A stretch of DNA of 64,000 nt from Opitutia bacterium (GTDB lineage Bacteria > Verrucomicrobiota > Verrucomicrobiia > Opitutales > T3Sed10-336): positions 2,846 through 66,845 of the forward strand of contig JBJHCF010000014.1 in NCBI GenBank assembly GCA_050506795.1. Reading direction: 5' to 3'. The position numbers were made by a program, and so were the translations under genes. Under the pieces are notes generated by a model. It was not told where the DNA came from. It saw only the letters and a program-made list of their open reading frames with translations, and ran no database searches. Shown in pieces: positions 1 to 10,910 of the stretch (positions are counted from its first letter, which is position 1; every line of letters begins with the position of its first letter).

Positions 1-3000
1 CCAACTGGACCTGTTGTCTTCCGACCTATGATCAGAACGCCCAGGTGATAGGGCAGTGGATCCAGTGGATGGATGAGACCCCATGGATCGAGCGTTATTC
101 GATCTACCGTTGGGTGCAGGCGGAGCGGGATATGTTCTTTAGCGACGGCTCTTTCACTCCCGCCGGAGAGGTCTATCGCGACCAGGTTTCGCCCCTGGCC
201 TACCAACAGGTTGTTCCCGAAGGCGCCGGTCCGGAGGCGTTTTACGCCTTTCGCGGCGACCTGCTGGATCACTCGGGGAACGGCAATAACGGCCTTTCAG
301 TTGGGGTCCCCGCCATCGTCCCGGGAAATCTCGGAAACGCCCTTTCACTGGACGGGGCTCACGATTACATTCGCCTGCCGGCCAATGTGGGCGACAGTTC
401 CAGTTTCACCTTTGCGGCCTGGGTCAATTGGAACGGCGGCCGAAACTGGCAACGGATCTTCGACCTGGGTGATGGCACCGGTCGGTTCCTCATGTTAACG
501 CCCAGATCGAATGAAAACACATTGCGCTTCACCATTCGAAGGGACGGTACCAGCCGGCAGATCGACGCCCCCGCGCTGACGACCGGCGATTGGCATCACA
601 TCGCGGTGACGATCGAGGGCAACACGGGCGGCTTGTATGTTGACGGTGAGCTGGTGGCGTCGAATACGGATATGGTTCTGCGGCCCATCGACATTGGGAC
701 GCGAACGAACTACCTCGGAAAGAGCCGGTTCGGCTCGGATCCATTGTTCAATGGAAAACTGGAGGATGTGCGCTTTCTGAACCGGGCCTTGAGCCCCGCC
801 GAAATCATGGCGCTGGCTTCGACGGATGAAGCTCCGGCGTTCGGTTCCGGGCAACTGGTCCTGGAGGAAGCGACAGTCTGGAAGCCTTACCTTACGTCAA
901 TCTCGGGTGAGCTTGTAGCCCATGGAGCCGGGGAGGTTCGCTTTCGGAAAATCGGCGGCCCCGGCTGGCTTTCGATCGCCGGCGACGGTCGTCTGATGGG
1001 AGTTCCGGGACCTCATGATTCGGGAACCAACACGTTTCGGGTCAAGGCGCGGGATGCCCGCGGCAATGTCGATATCGCGATGCTGACGGTTCACGTGAGG
1101 GAGCATACGGGCTTGCAGGCGCTGTATGAGTTTAAGGATGACGCCGATTCCTTGGTGGGCGAAGCCCATGGGGAACCGGTCGGTTCGCCCTCCTATATTT
1201 CCAGGGGGGTTACGGCGATCAATTTCAACGGGGAGAACCAGTATGTCAGACTTCCGTCGAGCCTTGGGAAAAGCGACGAACTGACGGTGGCGACCTGGGT
1301 TCTATGGCGCGAAGGGGCCCGGAATCAGAGGATTTTCGATTTTGGCAACGGGAGCGGAGAGTCAATGTATTTGAGTCCCGCGGGCGGTCCAGGCGAGGGC
1401 AAGTTCAGGTTCGTAATCGAAAAGGGAGGTGTCAAAGAGATCGTCGAGGCCGCCGAACCTTTGCCCACGAGTCGATGGTTTTACGTCAGCGTTACCCTGG
1501 GGGGAGGGGAAGTGCGCCTTTTCAAGGAGGGGGAATTGGTGGCGGCCGGTCCGGTGGGGCTCACACCCGCCGACCTTAGGCCGGCCGGCAACTTCATCGG
1601 CCGCGCACAACCGGACGTCGCAGCTTTTTTGGACGGCGGGGTTCGTCGGTTCGCGATTTTCAACCAGGCGCTTTCCGGGTTTCAGATCCGGGAACTGAGG
1701 TTGAGTGAAGCGCCCGCGTTCGAGCCGGCCCCATTCGTCATGCCGGACGCATATCCGGGTGAAGACTACGCGGCATCCGTGGCCGGTCTGGCGACGGACC
1801 CGGACGGCCGGGAACCTCTTCGTTACGAAAAAGTGACCGGACCGGGATGGCTGCGGGTTAGACCCGGGGGGCAAATTGTGGGGACGCCGAGTTGGGCCGA
1901 CGCGGGGTATAACCTCTTCACCGTTCGCGCAAGTAATTCGGCGTTTGCGGGGGTGGACGGACGAATGTTGGTTTATGTCCCCGGAGGCGACGACCTGGTG
2001 ACTCACTATCAATTCCAGGGTGACGCTCGGGACGGTGCCGGGGAGCGCGATGGGGATCTTTTCGGACCGGTAAACTTTGTTCCCGGGAGATTCGATGAGG
2101 CAGCCTCCTTTAATGGAAGCGATACCTACGTGAGCTTGCCGGAGAGCACCGGAATGCTTGCGGGTCAGACACTTTCAATGCGCATTCGTTGGGACGGGGG
2201 GGCGGACTGGCAGCGGGTCTTCGAGTTCGGCAATAGCACGGAGCAGCGCTTGTTTCTATCTCCCACAGTGGGAAATTCCATGCGACTGGCATTGATGACG
2301 CCGCAGGGCGATTATTCTCTGGATACGGATCCGCTGATGTCGGGCGAATGGTATCATCTGGCGCTTGTCCTGGGTGTGGAGAAGATCCGCTTCTTTGTAA
2401 ACGGTATTCACAGTGGGACGATGTCTCATGCGCGAGGCGCGAGCCGCTTCAGACCGGAATTCAACTATCTGGGGCGCAGTCAGACGGCGAATCGGCATTT
2501 CCGGGGATTGATCGATGATTTCCGAATTTATGGAAGGTTGCTGGAGGAGGAGGAAACCGAGACGCTGGCCACAACTTTGTTTGTGCAGGCGGAGATCGGG
2601 GAGTCCTCGTATGGGGAATGGGCGGCCGGATTTCCGTTTCCGCCGGGTTCGGACGGTCCCGGTTTCGATCCGGATGGGGATGGCGTCGCCAACCTGCTGG
2701 AGTTTTTGTTTGGAGGAGATCCTTTGGTGCCGGGGAGTGCGCTTCGGCCGACAGTCTCCAGGGAGATTGGTGGCAAACTTGGAGCCGAGGCGTATCCGGA
2801 TAAGCATTATCTGACGTTGACGGTGCGGGTGCGAAAGGATCGGGAGGGGATCGTGCTGATTCCGCAGGCTTCCTTCTCGGTGGAAGGACTCAATTATTCG
2901 GGAGCTTCCGATCAAGTCCGGCAAGCGGGGCCGCCGGTTCCCGACGGCAAGTTTGAGGTGATTACCTACTATTTTACCGAACCGATCGAAAATTCTCCGG

Positions 3001-3047
3001 AAGGCCGAGGCTTTATGCGCCTGTTGCTGGTGGGCGAGAACACCTGA
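1..3047 (+). CDS. Secreted multi-LamG (concanavalin-A-like lectin, Laminin_G_3) repeat protein; 5' end probably outside the window
   Basis: The frame of ORF 45..3047 stays open back to base 3 with no in-frame stop, so the true start is likely upstream. Repeated Laminin_G_3-type signatures ('GNALSLDGAHDYIRLP...FTFAAWVNWNGGRNWQRIFDLG', 'INFNGENQYVRLP...ATWVLWREGARNQRIFDFG', 'FNGSDTYVSLP...RIRWDGGADWQRVFEFG') alternate with Ig-like 'GPGWL' segments. C-terminal 'DPDGDGVANLLEFLFGGDP' motif. Confidence 0.75.
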   Translation, partial: NWTCCLPTYDQNAQVIGQWIQWMDETPWIERYSIYRWVQAERDMFFSDGSFTPAGEVYRDQVSPLAYQQVVPEGAGPEAFYAFRGDLLDHSGNGNNGLSVGVPAIVPGNLGNALSLDGAHDYIRLPANVGDSSSFTFAAWVNWNGGRNWQRIFDLGDGTGRFLMLTPRSNENTLRFTIRRDGTSRQIDAPALTTGDWHHIAVTIEGNTGGLYVDGELVASNTDMVLRPIDIGTRTNYLGKSRFGSDPLFNGKLEDVRFLNRALSPAEIMALASTDEAPAFGSGQLVLEEATVWKPYLTSISGELVAHGAGEVRFRKIGGPGWLSIAGDGRLMGVPGPHDSGTNTFRVKARDARGNVDIAMLTVHVREHTGLQALYEFKDDADSLVGEAHGEPVGSPSYISRGVTAINFNGENQYVRLPSSLGKSDELTVATWVLWREGARNQRIFDFGNGSGESMYLSPAGGPGEGKFRFVIEKGGVKEIVEAAEPLPTSRWFYVSVTLGGGEVRLFKEGELVAAGPVGLTPADLRPAGNFIGRAQPDVAAFLDGGVRRFAIFNQALSGFQIRELRLSEAPAFEPAPFVMPDAYPGEDYAASVAGLATDPDGREPLRYEKVTGPGWLRVRPGGQIVGTPSWADAGYNLFTVRASNSAFAGVDGRMLVYVPGGDDLVTHYQFQGDARDGAGERDGDLFGPVNFVPGRFDEAASFNGSDTYVSLPESTGMLAGQTLSMRIRWDGGADWQRVFEFGNSTEQRLFLSPTVGNSMRLALMTPQGDYSLDTDPLMSGEWYHLALVLGVEKIRFFVNGIHSGTMSHARGASRFRPEFNYLGRSQTANRHFRGLIDDFRIYGRLLEEEETETLATTLFVQAEIGESSYGEWAAGFPFPPGSDGPGFDPDGDGVANLLEFLFGGDPLVPGSALRPTVSREIGGKLGAEAYPDKHYLTLTVRVRKDREGIVLIPQASFSVEGLNYSGASDQVRQAGPPVPDGKFEVITYYFTEPIENSPEGRGFMRLLLVGENT

Positions 3048-3079
3048 TACATCAGTCACATACGGATGAACGGGTTACG

Positions 3080-4375
3080 TTAGAATCCGAAGAGGTTGGG
3101 AAGGAACATGGAGATCGATTCGACGTAGATAGTCAGCAACAGGACCGCGATCATGGTGAGGAAGAACGGGATCAAGGGTTTAATCACGTTGCTGACGGTG
3201 GTCTTGCCAATCCCGCAGCCGAGAAAGAGGGCGGTTCCTACTGGAGGGGTGCAAAGGCCGATACAGAGGTTCATGATCATGACGATGCCAAAGTGCACTG
3301 GATCGACCCCGAAATCCTCGACAACCGGAAGAAAAATGGGTGTGAAAATCAGTACGGCCGGCGTCATGTCCATGAAAATGCCGACGCCCAGAAGGATCAA
3401 GGTGATTATGAGAAGTATAACGTAAGGATTGTCCGTCAGGGCGAGCAGGGTGGCGGACAGGTTCTGCGGCACCTGCTCGTAAGCGAGAACCCATGACATC
3501 GCCATGGAAGTGCCGATCAGGAGCATGACCACGGAAGTGATGACCCCGGCCTGGAGGAGAAGCGGTGGCAGGTGGTGCAATTTGAGTTCCCGGTAGACGA
3601 AGAACCCGAGGAACAATGCGTAGAGCACGGCGATTGCGGAGGCTTCGGTGGGGGTGAAGATTCCGCCGAGAATCCCGCCCAGGACGATAAGGATCAGGAG
3701 CAGCGCGGGAGCCGCTTTGACGAGTCGAACCATAGTTTGGGAAAAGCCGACGCCTTCCGAACGTCCGTAATTTCGCCGGATTGAAAGGATTCCCGCCGTG
3801 ATCATCAATGCGACTCCCATCAGGATTCCCGGGAGAATTCCCGCAGCGAAAATGGCTACCACCGAAACACTGCCACCCGTGGCGAGCGAGTAGACGATCA
3901 TCACATTGCTGGGAGGAATCAGAAGCCCGGTCGTGGCGGATGTGATGGTGAGCGACGTGCTGAAATCCCGATCATACCCTTTCTCTCGCATAGCCGGAAT
4001 CATAAAACCCCCGACGGCTGAAACCGCCGCGGTGGCGGATCCGGAGATGGATCCGAACATCATGCAGGCGCCGACGTTGACCTGGGAAAGGCCGCCGCGA
4101 AAGCCTCCGACAGCTCCGTTGGCGAAATCGATCAGTCGCCGGGCGATTCCAGCTTGGCCCATGATCAGGCCGGAGAGGATGAAGAACGGGATGGCGAGCA
4201 GGGTGAAGCTTTCTATTCCCGTTGCGATCCGGTGGGCCTCGAGGGCGAAAGCCGGCATGTCGCCGACGGCGAGCAGGGCGAGCACCGTGGCGATTCCGAT
4301 GCTGAAGGCCACCGGAACGTTGAGCGCCAGGAGGAAAAGAAAGGAGATGACCAGGATGATAAACGGAATACTCAT
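3080..4375 (-). CDS. dctM: TRAP transporter large permease subunit (DctM family)
   Basis: 431-aa polytopic membrane protein with DctM-like sequence ('GSISGSATAAVSAVGGFMIPAM', 'LCTPPVGTALF'). Last gene of a minus-strand dctP-dctQ-dctM array. Confidence 0.9.
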   Translation of the reverse strand: MSIPFIILVISFLFLLALNVPVAFSIGIATVLALLAVGDMPAFALEAHRIATGIESFTLLAIPFFILSGLIMGQAGIARRLIDFANGAVGGFRGGLSQVNVGACMMFGSISGSATAAVSAVGGFMIPAMREKGYDRDFSTSLTITSATTGLLIPPSNVMIVYSLATGGSVSVVAIFAAGILPGILMGVALMITAGILSIRRNYGRSEGVGFSQTMVRLVKAAPALLLILIVLGGILGGIFTPTEASAIAVLYALFLGFFVYRELKLHHLPPLLLQAGVITSVVMLLIGTSMAMSWVLAYEQVPQNLSATLLALTDNPYVILLIITLILLGVGIFMDMTPAVLIFTPIFLPVVEDFGVDPVHFGIVMIMNLCIGLCTPPVGTALFLGCGIGKTTVSNVIKPLIPFFLTMIAVLLLTIYVESISMFLPNLFGF

Positions 4376-4418
4376 AGGTTGCGGAGGAGAAGTCTTTTGG
4401 GCGAAGCCCGACAGACCC

Positions 4419-4958
4419 CTAGGCCAGGTTCGTTTCGTCCCCGGGACCCTTGGAGTTCGTCGGATTCCGAACCGAGCGCCGCCTTACGAAGGCTTCATTG
4501 ACAAGTGCAAGGCTGTAGAGGGTTAGAAAGAAACCGCTGACCGGCAGGGCGGCGTAGACGGCGGCCATTGGGATCCCCATCGCCGGACTGCTCTGATCGT
4601 TGATCCAGACCTGGTGAACGAGGCGGAGCCCGCCGCCGAGGAGGACGCAGGTGGAAAAGAGGGCGACCATGAAATAGCCGAAAATCTCCGCCGCGAATTG
4701 CTTGCCGGAACTCAGCCTGGCAACGAAATAATCAATACCGAGATGAGCCCGAAGACGCAGGGCGACGCAGGCGCCAAGCAAACCGATCCAGATCATCAGG
4801 AAGGTCGCCAACTCCTCGGTCCAGTCACTGGGATCCCGAAGAATGTAGCGGGTGAAAACCTGCCAGACCACGACGCAGATGAGGGTCGCGAAGACCGACA
4901 TCACGAGGAAATCGAGAGCGCGGTCGAGGACGCGTTTAGCGGTGAGAAGCGGATTCAT
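4419..4958 (-). CDS. dctQ: TRAP transporter small permease subunit (DctQ family)
   Basis: 179 aa and hydrophobic, with about 4 TM segments. Sits between DctP-like and DctM-like genes. 23-nt overlap with the dctP stop. Confidence 0.8.
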   Translation of the reverse strand: MNPLLTAKRVLDRALDFLVMSVFATLICVVVWQVFTRYILRDPSDWTEELATFLMIWIGLLGACVALRLRAHLGIDYFVARLSSGKQFAAEIFGYFMVALFSTCVLLGGGLRLVHQVWINDQSSPAMGIPMAAVYAALPVSGFFLTLYSLALVNEAFVRRRSVRNPTNSKGPGDETNLA

Positions 4959-5964
4959 CGGTCGGCGTTGCGGCGCGGATTCTTTCGGCGAGATCGCCTA
5001 CCACGGTTCCTTCGAAATCGAGGAGAATCGACTGCACTCTCTCCTGAAATGGAGTGAGGTCCTGAAATTCGATCACTTCAACACCGGCCTCTTGGACCGC
5101 GATCAGGGCCACTTCTTCAGCCGTTTTCCAGATTTCGCGCTGGTAGGCGACGGAAACGGCGGCCGCTTTGAGGAGAGCCTCTTGATGTTCCGGGCTGAGC
5201 CGATCGAAAAGACGTGTTTGAATGACCAGCACATCCGGAAGCCGGAGATGTTCGTTGCGGGAGAAATACCGGGAGGCGAGGTAGTGGTTCGAGGTAAAGA
5301 AACTGGGTGGATTATTTTCCGCTCCATCGACGATTCCCTGTTGGAGCGCGGAGTAAAGTTCGCCCCAGCTCACCGGCGTCGGGGAGCCGCCAAGGGCCCG
5401 GACCATGCGAATGGCCATCTCGCTCTGCTGCACCCGGATGTTCAGGCCGCGCAGGTCGTCCGGTTCGCGAATCGGACGATCGCGCGTGTAGAAGCTCCGG
5501 GCTCCGGCATCGTAATAGCAAAGGCCGAGGAGATTGCGGTCCCTTCCCGATGCGAGAATCTCCGCCCCGATGGGTCCTTCGAGGACGTGCCACATATGTT
5601 CCCCGCTATCAAAGAGGAAAGGAAGACCGAAAACCTTGTATTCCTCCTGGAACGCCTCCAGTACCGCGGAGGAAGCTTTGGTCATGTCGAGCGCGCCGAG
5701 TTGCAGCAGTTCGAGCGACTCCCTTTCCGAGCCGAGTTGCTCGTTGGGATAGATCACGATGCGGACCTTTCCATCAGTTCGCTCGAGCAAATCATCTGCG
5801 AGTTTCTGCATCCCTAGATGGACGGGATGATTCGTGTTCAGCCCATGGCCGAGCCGAAGGATGGTGACCTCGGGATCCTGCCGCGCGCAGCTGAAAGAAA
5901 GGACCACTCCCGAGGCGAGTGCCAGTCCGGTTGCGACCTTCAGGAGTGAATCGACAAGGGACAT
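4936..5964 (-). CDS. dctP: TRAP transporter solute-binding protein (DctP family)
   Basis: ORF 4936..5997. Start chosen at ATG 5964 ('MSLVDSLLKVATGLALASGVVLSFSCARQD', lipoprotein-like signal), which removes the overlap with the upstream GH2 gene. 'LRLGHGLNTNHPVHLGMQKLAD...IYPNEQLGSE' is DctP-like. Confidence 0.85.
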   Translation of the reverse strand: MSLVDSLLKVATGLALASGVVLSFSCARQDPEVTILRLGHGLNTNHPVHLGMQKLADDLLERTDGKVRIVIYPNEQLGSERESLELLQLGALDMTKASSAVLEAFQEEYKVFGLPFLFDSGEHMWHVLEGPIGAEILASGRDRNLLGLCYYDAGARSFYTRDRPIREPDDLRGLNIRVQQSEMAIRMVRALGGSPTPVSWGELYSALQQGIVDGAENNPPSFFTSNHYLASRYFSRNEHLRLPDVLVIQTRLFDRLSPEHQEALLKAAAVSVAYQREIWKTAEEVALIAVQEAGVEVIEFQDLTPFQERVQSILLDFEGTVVGDLAERIRAATPTDESASHR

Positions 5965-5980
5965 TATACGGGTTGGACGA

Positions 5981-8900
5981 TCACAGGCCGCCCACATGAA
6001 AGTAGAGTGTGCCGTGGAGGGGCTCTTCGATCCTGCTGTGGTGGCTTCCCGGTCCCAACTGGTGGATGCCTCGGAATTTCGTTCCGATGGCGGGAATGGT
6101 GTGAAGAAAGGAAATGTCGCCGTCGGGCATTACGGAAGACGCACTCATTGGGTCGGGCCCGAAATTGGGAGAGAAAATTCTGGCAAACAGGTTCGGCGTA
6201 TCCGTGAGGACGGTGAGCTTTCCCTCCCGGGACGTCAAGCCCAGGCGGTAAATGTTGGCGAAATATCCTTTGAATTCGGGGACGGCCCAGGTCTGCCCGG
6301 GGATCGGGTCATTGTAGAGATTCGTGTGACTTCCGAGGCGGGTACCGTGCATCCGGTTTTTCCATACTCTGTAGGGGCCGGCGCCAATCCAGTCCTTGGC
6401 CAGGACCTGTTCCTCAGGGTAGTCGAAGGTGATGCCGGCGAACTCGAAGGTTCCGGAAAGATCCAGCCGGTAATCAAGCTTCAGCCAGCCGGACGGGTAG
6501 GCGGTCCAGCGGAAGTTCCAGCGGTCTTCGCGGGTGTGGATGACATAGGTCTCGCCCTCTCGACCGTGGGTAACCTCCCGGATTTCGGGAGTTTCCTTCG
6601 GAATGCGAATCTGGTGAATGCTCGTCCATTCGTTTTCGGAATTTCCGTGTCCGGTCAGGCGGAGGTAACGGGCGGTGAGATCGCCAACGTCGTAGGTTTC
6701 GGACGATGTGGACTGCCGGCGGCTATGGCCGTCGAAGACTTGCCGCCAGGATTCCCGGTCGTTGGAGGTTTCGATGGTGAATTCGAACCGGCGACGAGCG
6801 CCATGCTGCCAGTAAACCACGACCTCGGAGAAACTCCGCGGTTCACCGAGATCGAGTTCGATCCAGGCGCCGTCGCCCCGGGCCGACCACCGCGAACCGG
6901 TGTCGTCGTCGACCGCATTGGCGGCCCGGTTCGGTTGCTGCTCATGCCCGGCCCTGGCTGAGACAATCGGAGCGAAGTCGGTGGCCGCTCTCGCCGGCAC
7001 CAACCGGGGGCCGTTTCCAAAGGAAAAACGTTTTCCGCCTCGAAAGGCTTCTATGAGGTGGCCGCTCTCCAAATCGAATCGGGTCGTGGAGGGCCCGACT
7101 GACAGAGTCAGAATGCCGTCGTCTTCCTGCGCAAGCAGATGGCCCGGAGTCTCTTGAATCACGGATTCACGATACTCGGCCGGAGTGCGAACAGTCTGAC
7201 TCCAGGTAAAAAGTTCCGCTCCGTCCGGATCGTAGGCGGTGACGTAAAGCAGATCACGTTGGCGCCAGTCGTCCGGGAGATCGATCTTGATCCAGCCGCG
7301 TTCGCCCGGGCCGACGTCGGCTCTCTGGGCGAAGCCACGCTGGTGAACCGTGTAGCCGGCGGGAGTGATCTGCGGGTCCGCGAAATCCGCCCACTTCCAC
7401 TCGAAGAGGCATTGGTTCAAGCTGGTGAACGCGTACTCGTTTTCGACCGCGATCCGCCCGTCGAAGGAGCTGTCGAGCGGGGGCAGAGTGAGTTGCACGG
7501 GAGACCAGAGTTCCTTGATCGTATAAAAACTGCCGCCCTTTTCGCGGTAGGGGCCGACGATGCCGTCCGGCGCGTGGTTGCCGTCATTATCGATCCAGCC
7601 GTTCATGTCGGTGCGGACGACCCCTTCGTCGATGAGCGCCCAAATGAACCCCCCCGCTCCGACGGGAGAAGCCTTGATAGCGCTCCAGTAGTCATAGAGT
7701 CCGGCCCCGGCGCCGCCGTCGTAGAGGGCGTGCATGAACTCCGTCGGCATGTAGATGTTCGTTCCCTGGAGGCGGCGAATATGGTCGTCGTAGGGAGGGT
7801 AGTGGGCGGTGTCGATTCCGTTGAAGAGGGAAGGAGACACCCATGAGGGGGTCGGGTGAATGACGACGCGGTTCTGGGGGTCGTGCCGGCCGTATTCTTC
7901 GACCAGGTCGAAATTGTGGCCGCCCTCATTGCCGTTGGCCCAGAAGAGGATGCTCGGATGATTGACATCGCGCCGGACCATTCCCTCGACCAACTGCCGG
8001 CCCACGGTGGTGTCATAGGCGTCGTGCCATCCCGCCAGCTCGTTAATCACGTACAATCCGAGTTCATCGCAGGCTTCGAGGAAGTGTTTGTCGGGCGGGT
8101 AATGAGCCATGCGGACCGCGTTCATGTTCATTTCCTTCATCAACCGGACGTCATCGTAGCTGATCCGGCGATTCAAGGTCCGTCCCGTGTCTGGCCAGAA
8201 GGAGTGGCGGTTGACGCCTTTGAATAGAAGCTTCTCCCCGTTCAGGTAGATGCCGTCGCCTTCCCGGACTTCGATGGTGCGGAAACCAAAACGTTCGCGG
8301 ATCTGGTGTAAGGTCTCGTCGCCGTTCATCAGGCGGACTTTAGCGTAATAAAGCGCGGGCGTTTCGGCCGTCCACGTCTCGATGTCCGTCGCCTCGGTAC
8401 GAATGATCGCTTTCCCGGTATCGGACTGGAGGGACTTGGTGACCCGCTCGCCGACCGGGTTGCCCTGTCGGTCAAGAAGCTCCAAAATAATGGAATCGGC
8501 GGACCGGATGGGACCGAGGTGCACGTGCATGGTAAATTCACCATCCGCTTGGGCGTCGATTGCGGTCCAGTCGATGTATTCACTCGGACGAGCTTCCAGG
8601 AAAACCGGACGGAAGATGCCGCCGAAGACCCAGTAGTCGCCGTCGCGCTCCGCTCTCTCCACGGACTCGTTGGCGGAAACTTTGCTGACGGTGACTTCGA
8701 GGAGGTTGGGATTCTCGAAGTCGAGAAGATCGGTGATGTCGTAGTGAAACCGGTAGAATCCGCCCTGGTGTTCCGGGCCGGCGGAGGCGCCATTGATCTC
8801 GACTTTCGTATTGGTCATCGACCCCTCAAAAACGATCCGGACCCGGCGGTCCTCCCACTCGGCGGGCACCTCGAATGTGTGGCGGTATTTTCCCTGTTCA

Positions 8901-9157
8901 TCAGCCTTGGGCCTATCATGGCCGTAGTTGTAGGAGCCGAAACCATGTTGCTCCCATTGGGAGGGAACCGGGATGGTCGTCCAATAGCCGCTCTGGCGAC
9001 CCGCGGTGCAAAAGAACTCCCATTCGACCGTTTGGTCGCTTCCGGTCCCGGAAAGGTGGATCACCTCCGTCTCGGCGGATTCCGGGGATTCCGCCGAAAC
9101 GGAAGTCGCCAGGGCGAGTGCGCTGGATAACGTGAATAAAAGATTCTTTCGGAACAT
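5981..9157 (-). CDS. Glycoside hydrolase family 2 enzyme with C-terminal F5/8 type C (discoidin) module
   Basis: Signal peptide 'MFRKNLLFTLSSALALATSVSA'. GH2 sugar-binding region ('VEINGASAGPEHQGGFYRFHYDITDLL'). TIM-barrel motifs ('NAVRMAHYPPDKHFLEACDELGLYVINE', 'WANGNEGG'). Discoidin-like 'NAVDDDTGSRWSARGDGAWIELDLGEPRSFSEVVVYW'. Confidence 0.85.
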   Translation of the reverse strand: MFRKNLLFTLSSALALATSVSAESPESAETEVIHLSGTGSDQTVEWEFFCTAGRQSGYWTTIPVPSQWEQHGFGSYNYGHDRPKADEQGKYRHTFEVPAEWEDRRVRIVFEGSMTNTKVEINGASAGPEHQGGFYRFHYDITDLLDFENPNLLEVTVSKVSANESVERAERDGDYWVFGGIFRPVFLEARPSEYIDWTAIDAQADGEFTMHVHLGPIRSADSIILELLDRQGNPVGERVTKSLQSDTGKAIIRTEATDIETWTAETPALYYAKVRLMNGDETLHQIRERFGFRTIEVREGDGIYLNGEKLLFKGVNRHSFWPDTGRTLNRRISYDDVRLMKEMNMNAVRMAHYPPDKHFLEACDELGLYVINELAGWHDAYDTTVGRQLVEGMVRRDVNHPSILFWANGNEGGHNFDLVEEYGRHDPQNRVVIHPTPSWVSPSLFNGIDTAHYPPYDDHIRRLQGTNIYMPTEFMHALYDGGAGAGLYDYWSAIKASPVGAGGFIWALIDEGVVRTDMNGWIDNDGNHAPDGIVGPYREKGGSFYTIKELWSPVQLTLPPLDSSFDGRIAVENEYAFTSLNQCLFEWKWADFADPQITPAGYTVHQRGFAQRADVGPGERGWIKIDLPDDWRQRDLLYVTAYDPDGAELFTWSQTVRTPAEYRESVIQETPGHLLAQEDDGILTLSVGPSTTRFDLESGHLIEAFRGGKRFSFGNGPRLVPARAATDFAPIVSARAGHEQQPNRAANAVDDDTGSRWSARGDGAWIELDLGEPRSFSEVVVYWQHGARRRFEFTIETSNDRESWRQVFDGHSRRQSTSSETYDVGDLTARYLRLTGHGNSENEWTSIHQIRIPKETPEIREVTHGREGETYVIHTREDRWNFRWTAYPSGWLKLDYRLDLSGTFEFAGITFDYPEEQVLAKDWIGAGPYRVWKNRMHGTRLGSHTNLYNDPIPGQTWAVPEFKGYFANIYRLGLTSREGKLTVLTDTPNLFARIFSPNFGPDPMSASSVMPDGDISFLHTIPAIGTKFRGIHQLGPGSHHSRIEEPLHGTLYFHVGGL

Positions 9158-9433
9158 GTTGTCGTCACCTTGATCGACAGCCGTTATTGGCGCTCGATCG
9201 AATCAGAGTAGGACGGCTGTCGTCGCGGGCACGATAGGATGAATGTTTTATTTTTAGCATATCTGATGCACGACAAGCCATCCATGTGCGTCCTGGTAGG
9301 CTGTGCCGGCACTTGACCTCGTCAGGATGACTGGCGGAAAGTGTAGATGTGCGGGGAAGTGCGCATCATTGGTGCTATAAATGATACATACTTCCTATCG
9401 CATTGCGGGGTGAAACGGAGGTAACCTTAGGAT

Positions 9434-10870
9434 GTGCAAAAAGTACATCCCACAATTGTTATCATTGGAGCGGGCAGCTTCTTTTTTGGGCGAAAGGCGA
9501 TCTGGGCCATGAACCGACTGGAAGGCCTTATGGGTGGGACCCTGCGATTGGTCGACACCGACCCGATGAATTTGGACAGGATGGCTCGCTTGGCGCGGAT
9601 GGCTGCGGAAAGTTCAGGTTCCGGGTCTCAGGTGGAGGCTTTTTCGGATTATCGCGACGCGTTGCCGGGCGCGGACTTTGTCGTGCTCAGTTTTTCCGAG
9701 AAAAACGCCCACTACCGGGGTATCGACTGCAAGGTGGCGGAGCGATTTGGTATTCGCATGTGCTCGGGCGATACGATCGGCCCGGGGGGTGTATTTCGCA
9801 CGCTGCGGGAGTTTCCGAAGATCCTGGAAATCGCTCGCGCCGTTGAGCGGGTCTGCCCGGAAGCTTGGGTGATAAACTACGTGAACCCTTCCGCCATCAT
9901 GGGAATTGGCTTGATGCGCTATTCCAATGCCAAGGCATTTGCGCTGTGTGATACCCACCATCTTCCTTTCAAGAAGGAAGAATATTTGAAGTTGATCGGT
10001 GAAGGTCCCGACCGATTGCGTGACTTTAATATCCGGATTGCCGGTGTGAATCATTTTACCTGGATGCTGGAAGCCGAACTGTCCGGCGAAGATGTGCTGC
10101 CGCGGATCCGCGATGCCTTCAGGGCTCATTCGCTAAGCGAGAAGGATGATGGTCATTCGAAAGGACGCTTCAACAACTTCATCACCGCGCAGTTGAGCGA
10201 TCTGTTCGGGGCCGTTCCCACTTGCACCGGTCATACCAAAGAGTATGTTCCTTATTATCAGAACCGGGCGGAGATTCCGGAAGCCATTCCCGCTTTGGCC
10301 GTGTTCGACGCCGAGGAACGGAAAAGGGCTACAGCCAAAATGTGGGAGGAGATCGATGCGATTCTGGCCGGAAAGGCGGGCATCGACGAGTTTTATGCTC
10401 GAGGGACTTCGGACCACGCGACGGACATTATCAACACCATGGTGGTTGCAGATGGCCGGAACTATTTTATCAACCGGACCAACACTGACTGTGTGGATGG
10501 TAGCGAACGCGCGGTGGGAAACCTCCCGAAGGACGCATTTCTGGAACTGGAGTGTTCCCTGGACCGGAATGGACCCAAGCCTTTGCCGGTGGGGAACTTT
10601 CCGTTGGGACTCAGGGCGCAACAGATGATGATCCTTGATGTGCACGAGTTGACGATCGAGGCGATCATGTCCCGGGACCGCGGCCTTTTGCTTCGCGCTT
10701 TGGCGATGGACCCGCTGGTCAACTCGATCGCGACGGCGGATGCGGTGATCGATGCCCTCTACGAGCAACAAAAAGAGGCGCTGCCTGATTGGTTGATGAA
10801 AAGTGAGGATACACTCGCTGATAAAGCTCTTAAGCCTGTGGCGGAAACCACTGCTCCTCAATTGTACTGA
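9434..10870 (+). CDS. Glycoside hydrolase family 4 (NAD+/Mn2+-dependent alpha-glycosidase type)
   Basis: GTG start with GGAGG 13 nt upstream. N-terminal Rossmann '[13 protein letters not shown]', then 'GDTIGPGG' and 'INYVNP', which are typical GH4 signatures. Confidence 0.8.
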   Translation: MQKVHPTIVIIGAGSFFFGRKAIWAMNRLEGLMGGTLRLVDTDPMNLDRMARLARMAAESSGSGSQVEAFSDYRDALPGADFVVLSFSEKNAHYRGIDCKVAERFGIRMCSGDTIGPGGVFRTLREFPKILEIARAVERVCPEAWVINYVNPSAIMGIGLMRYSNAKAFALCDTHHLPFKKEEYLKLIGEGPDRLRDFNIRIAGVNHFTWMLEAELSGEDVLPRIRDAFRAHSLSEKDDGHSKGRFNNFITAQLSDLFGAVPTCTGHTKEYVPYYQNRAEIPEAIPALAVFDAEERKRATAKMWEEIDAILAGKAGIDEFYARGTSDHATDIINTMVVADGRNYFINRTNTDCVDGSERAVGNLPKDAFLELECSLDRNGPKPLPVGNFPLGLRAQQMMILDVHELTIEAIMSRDRGLLLRALAMDPLVNSIATADAVIDALYEQQKEALPDWLMKSEDTLADKALKPVAETTAPQLY

Positions 10871-10910
10871 TGTACTGATTTTGCAACCGAAAACAACAAC
10901 AACGATCCTT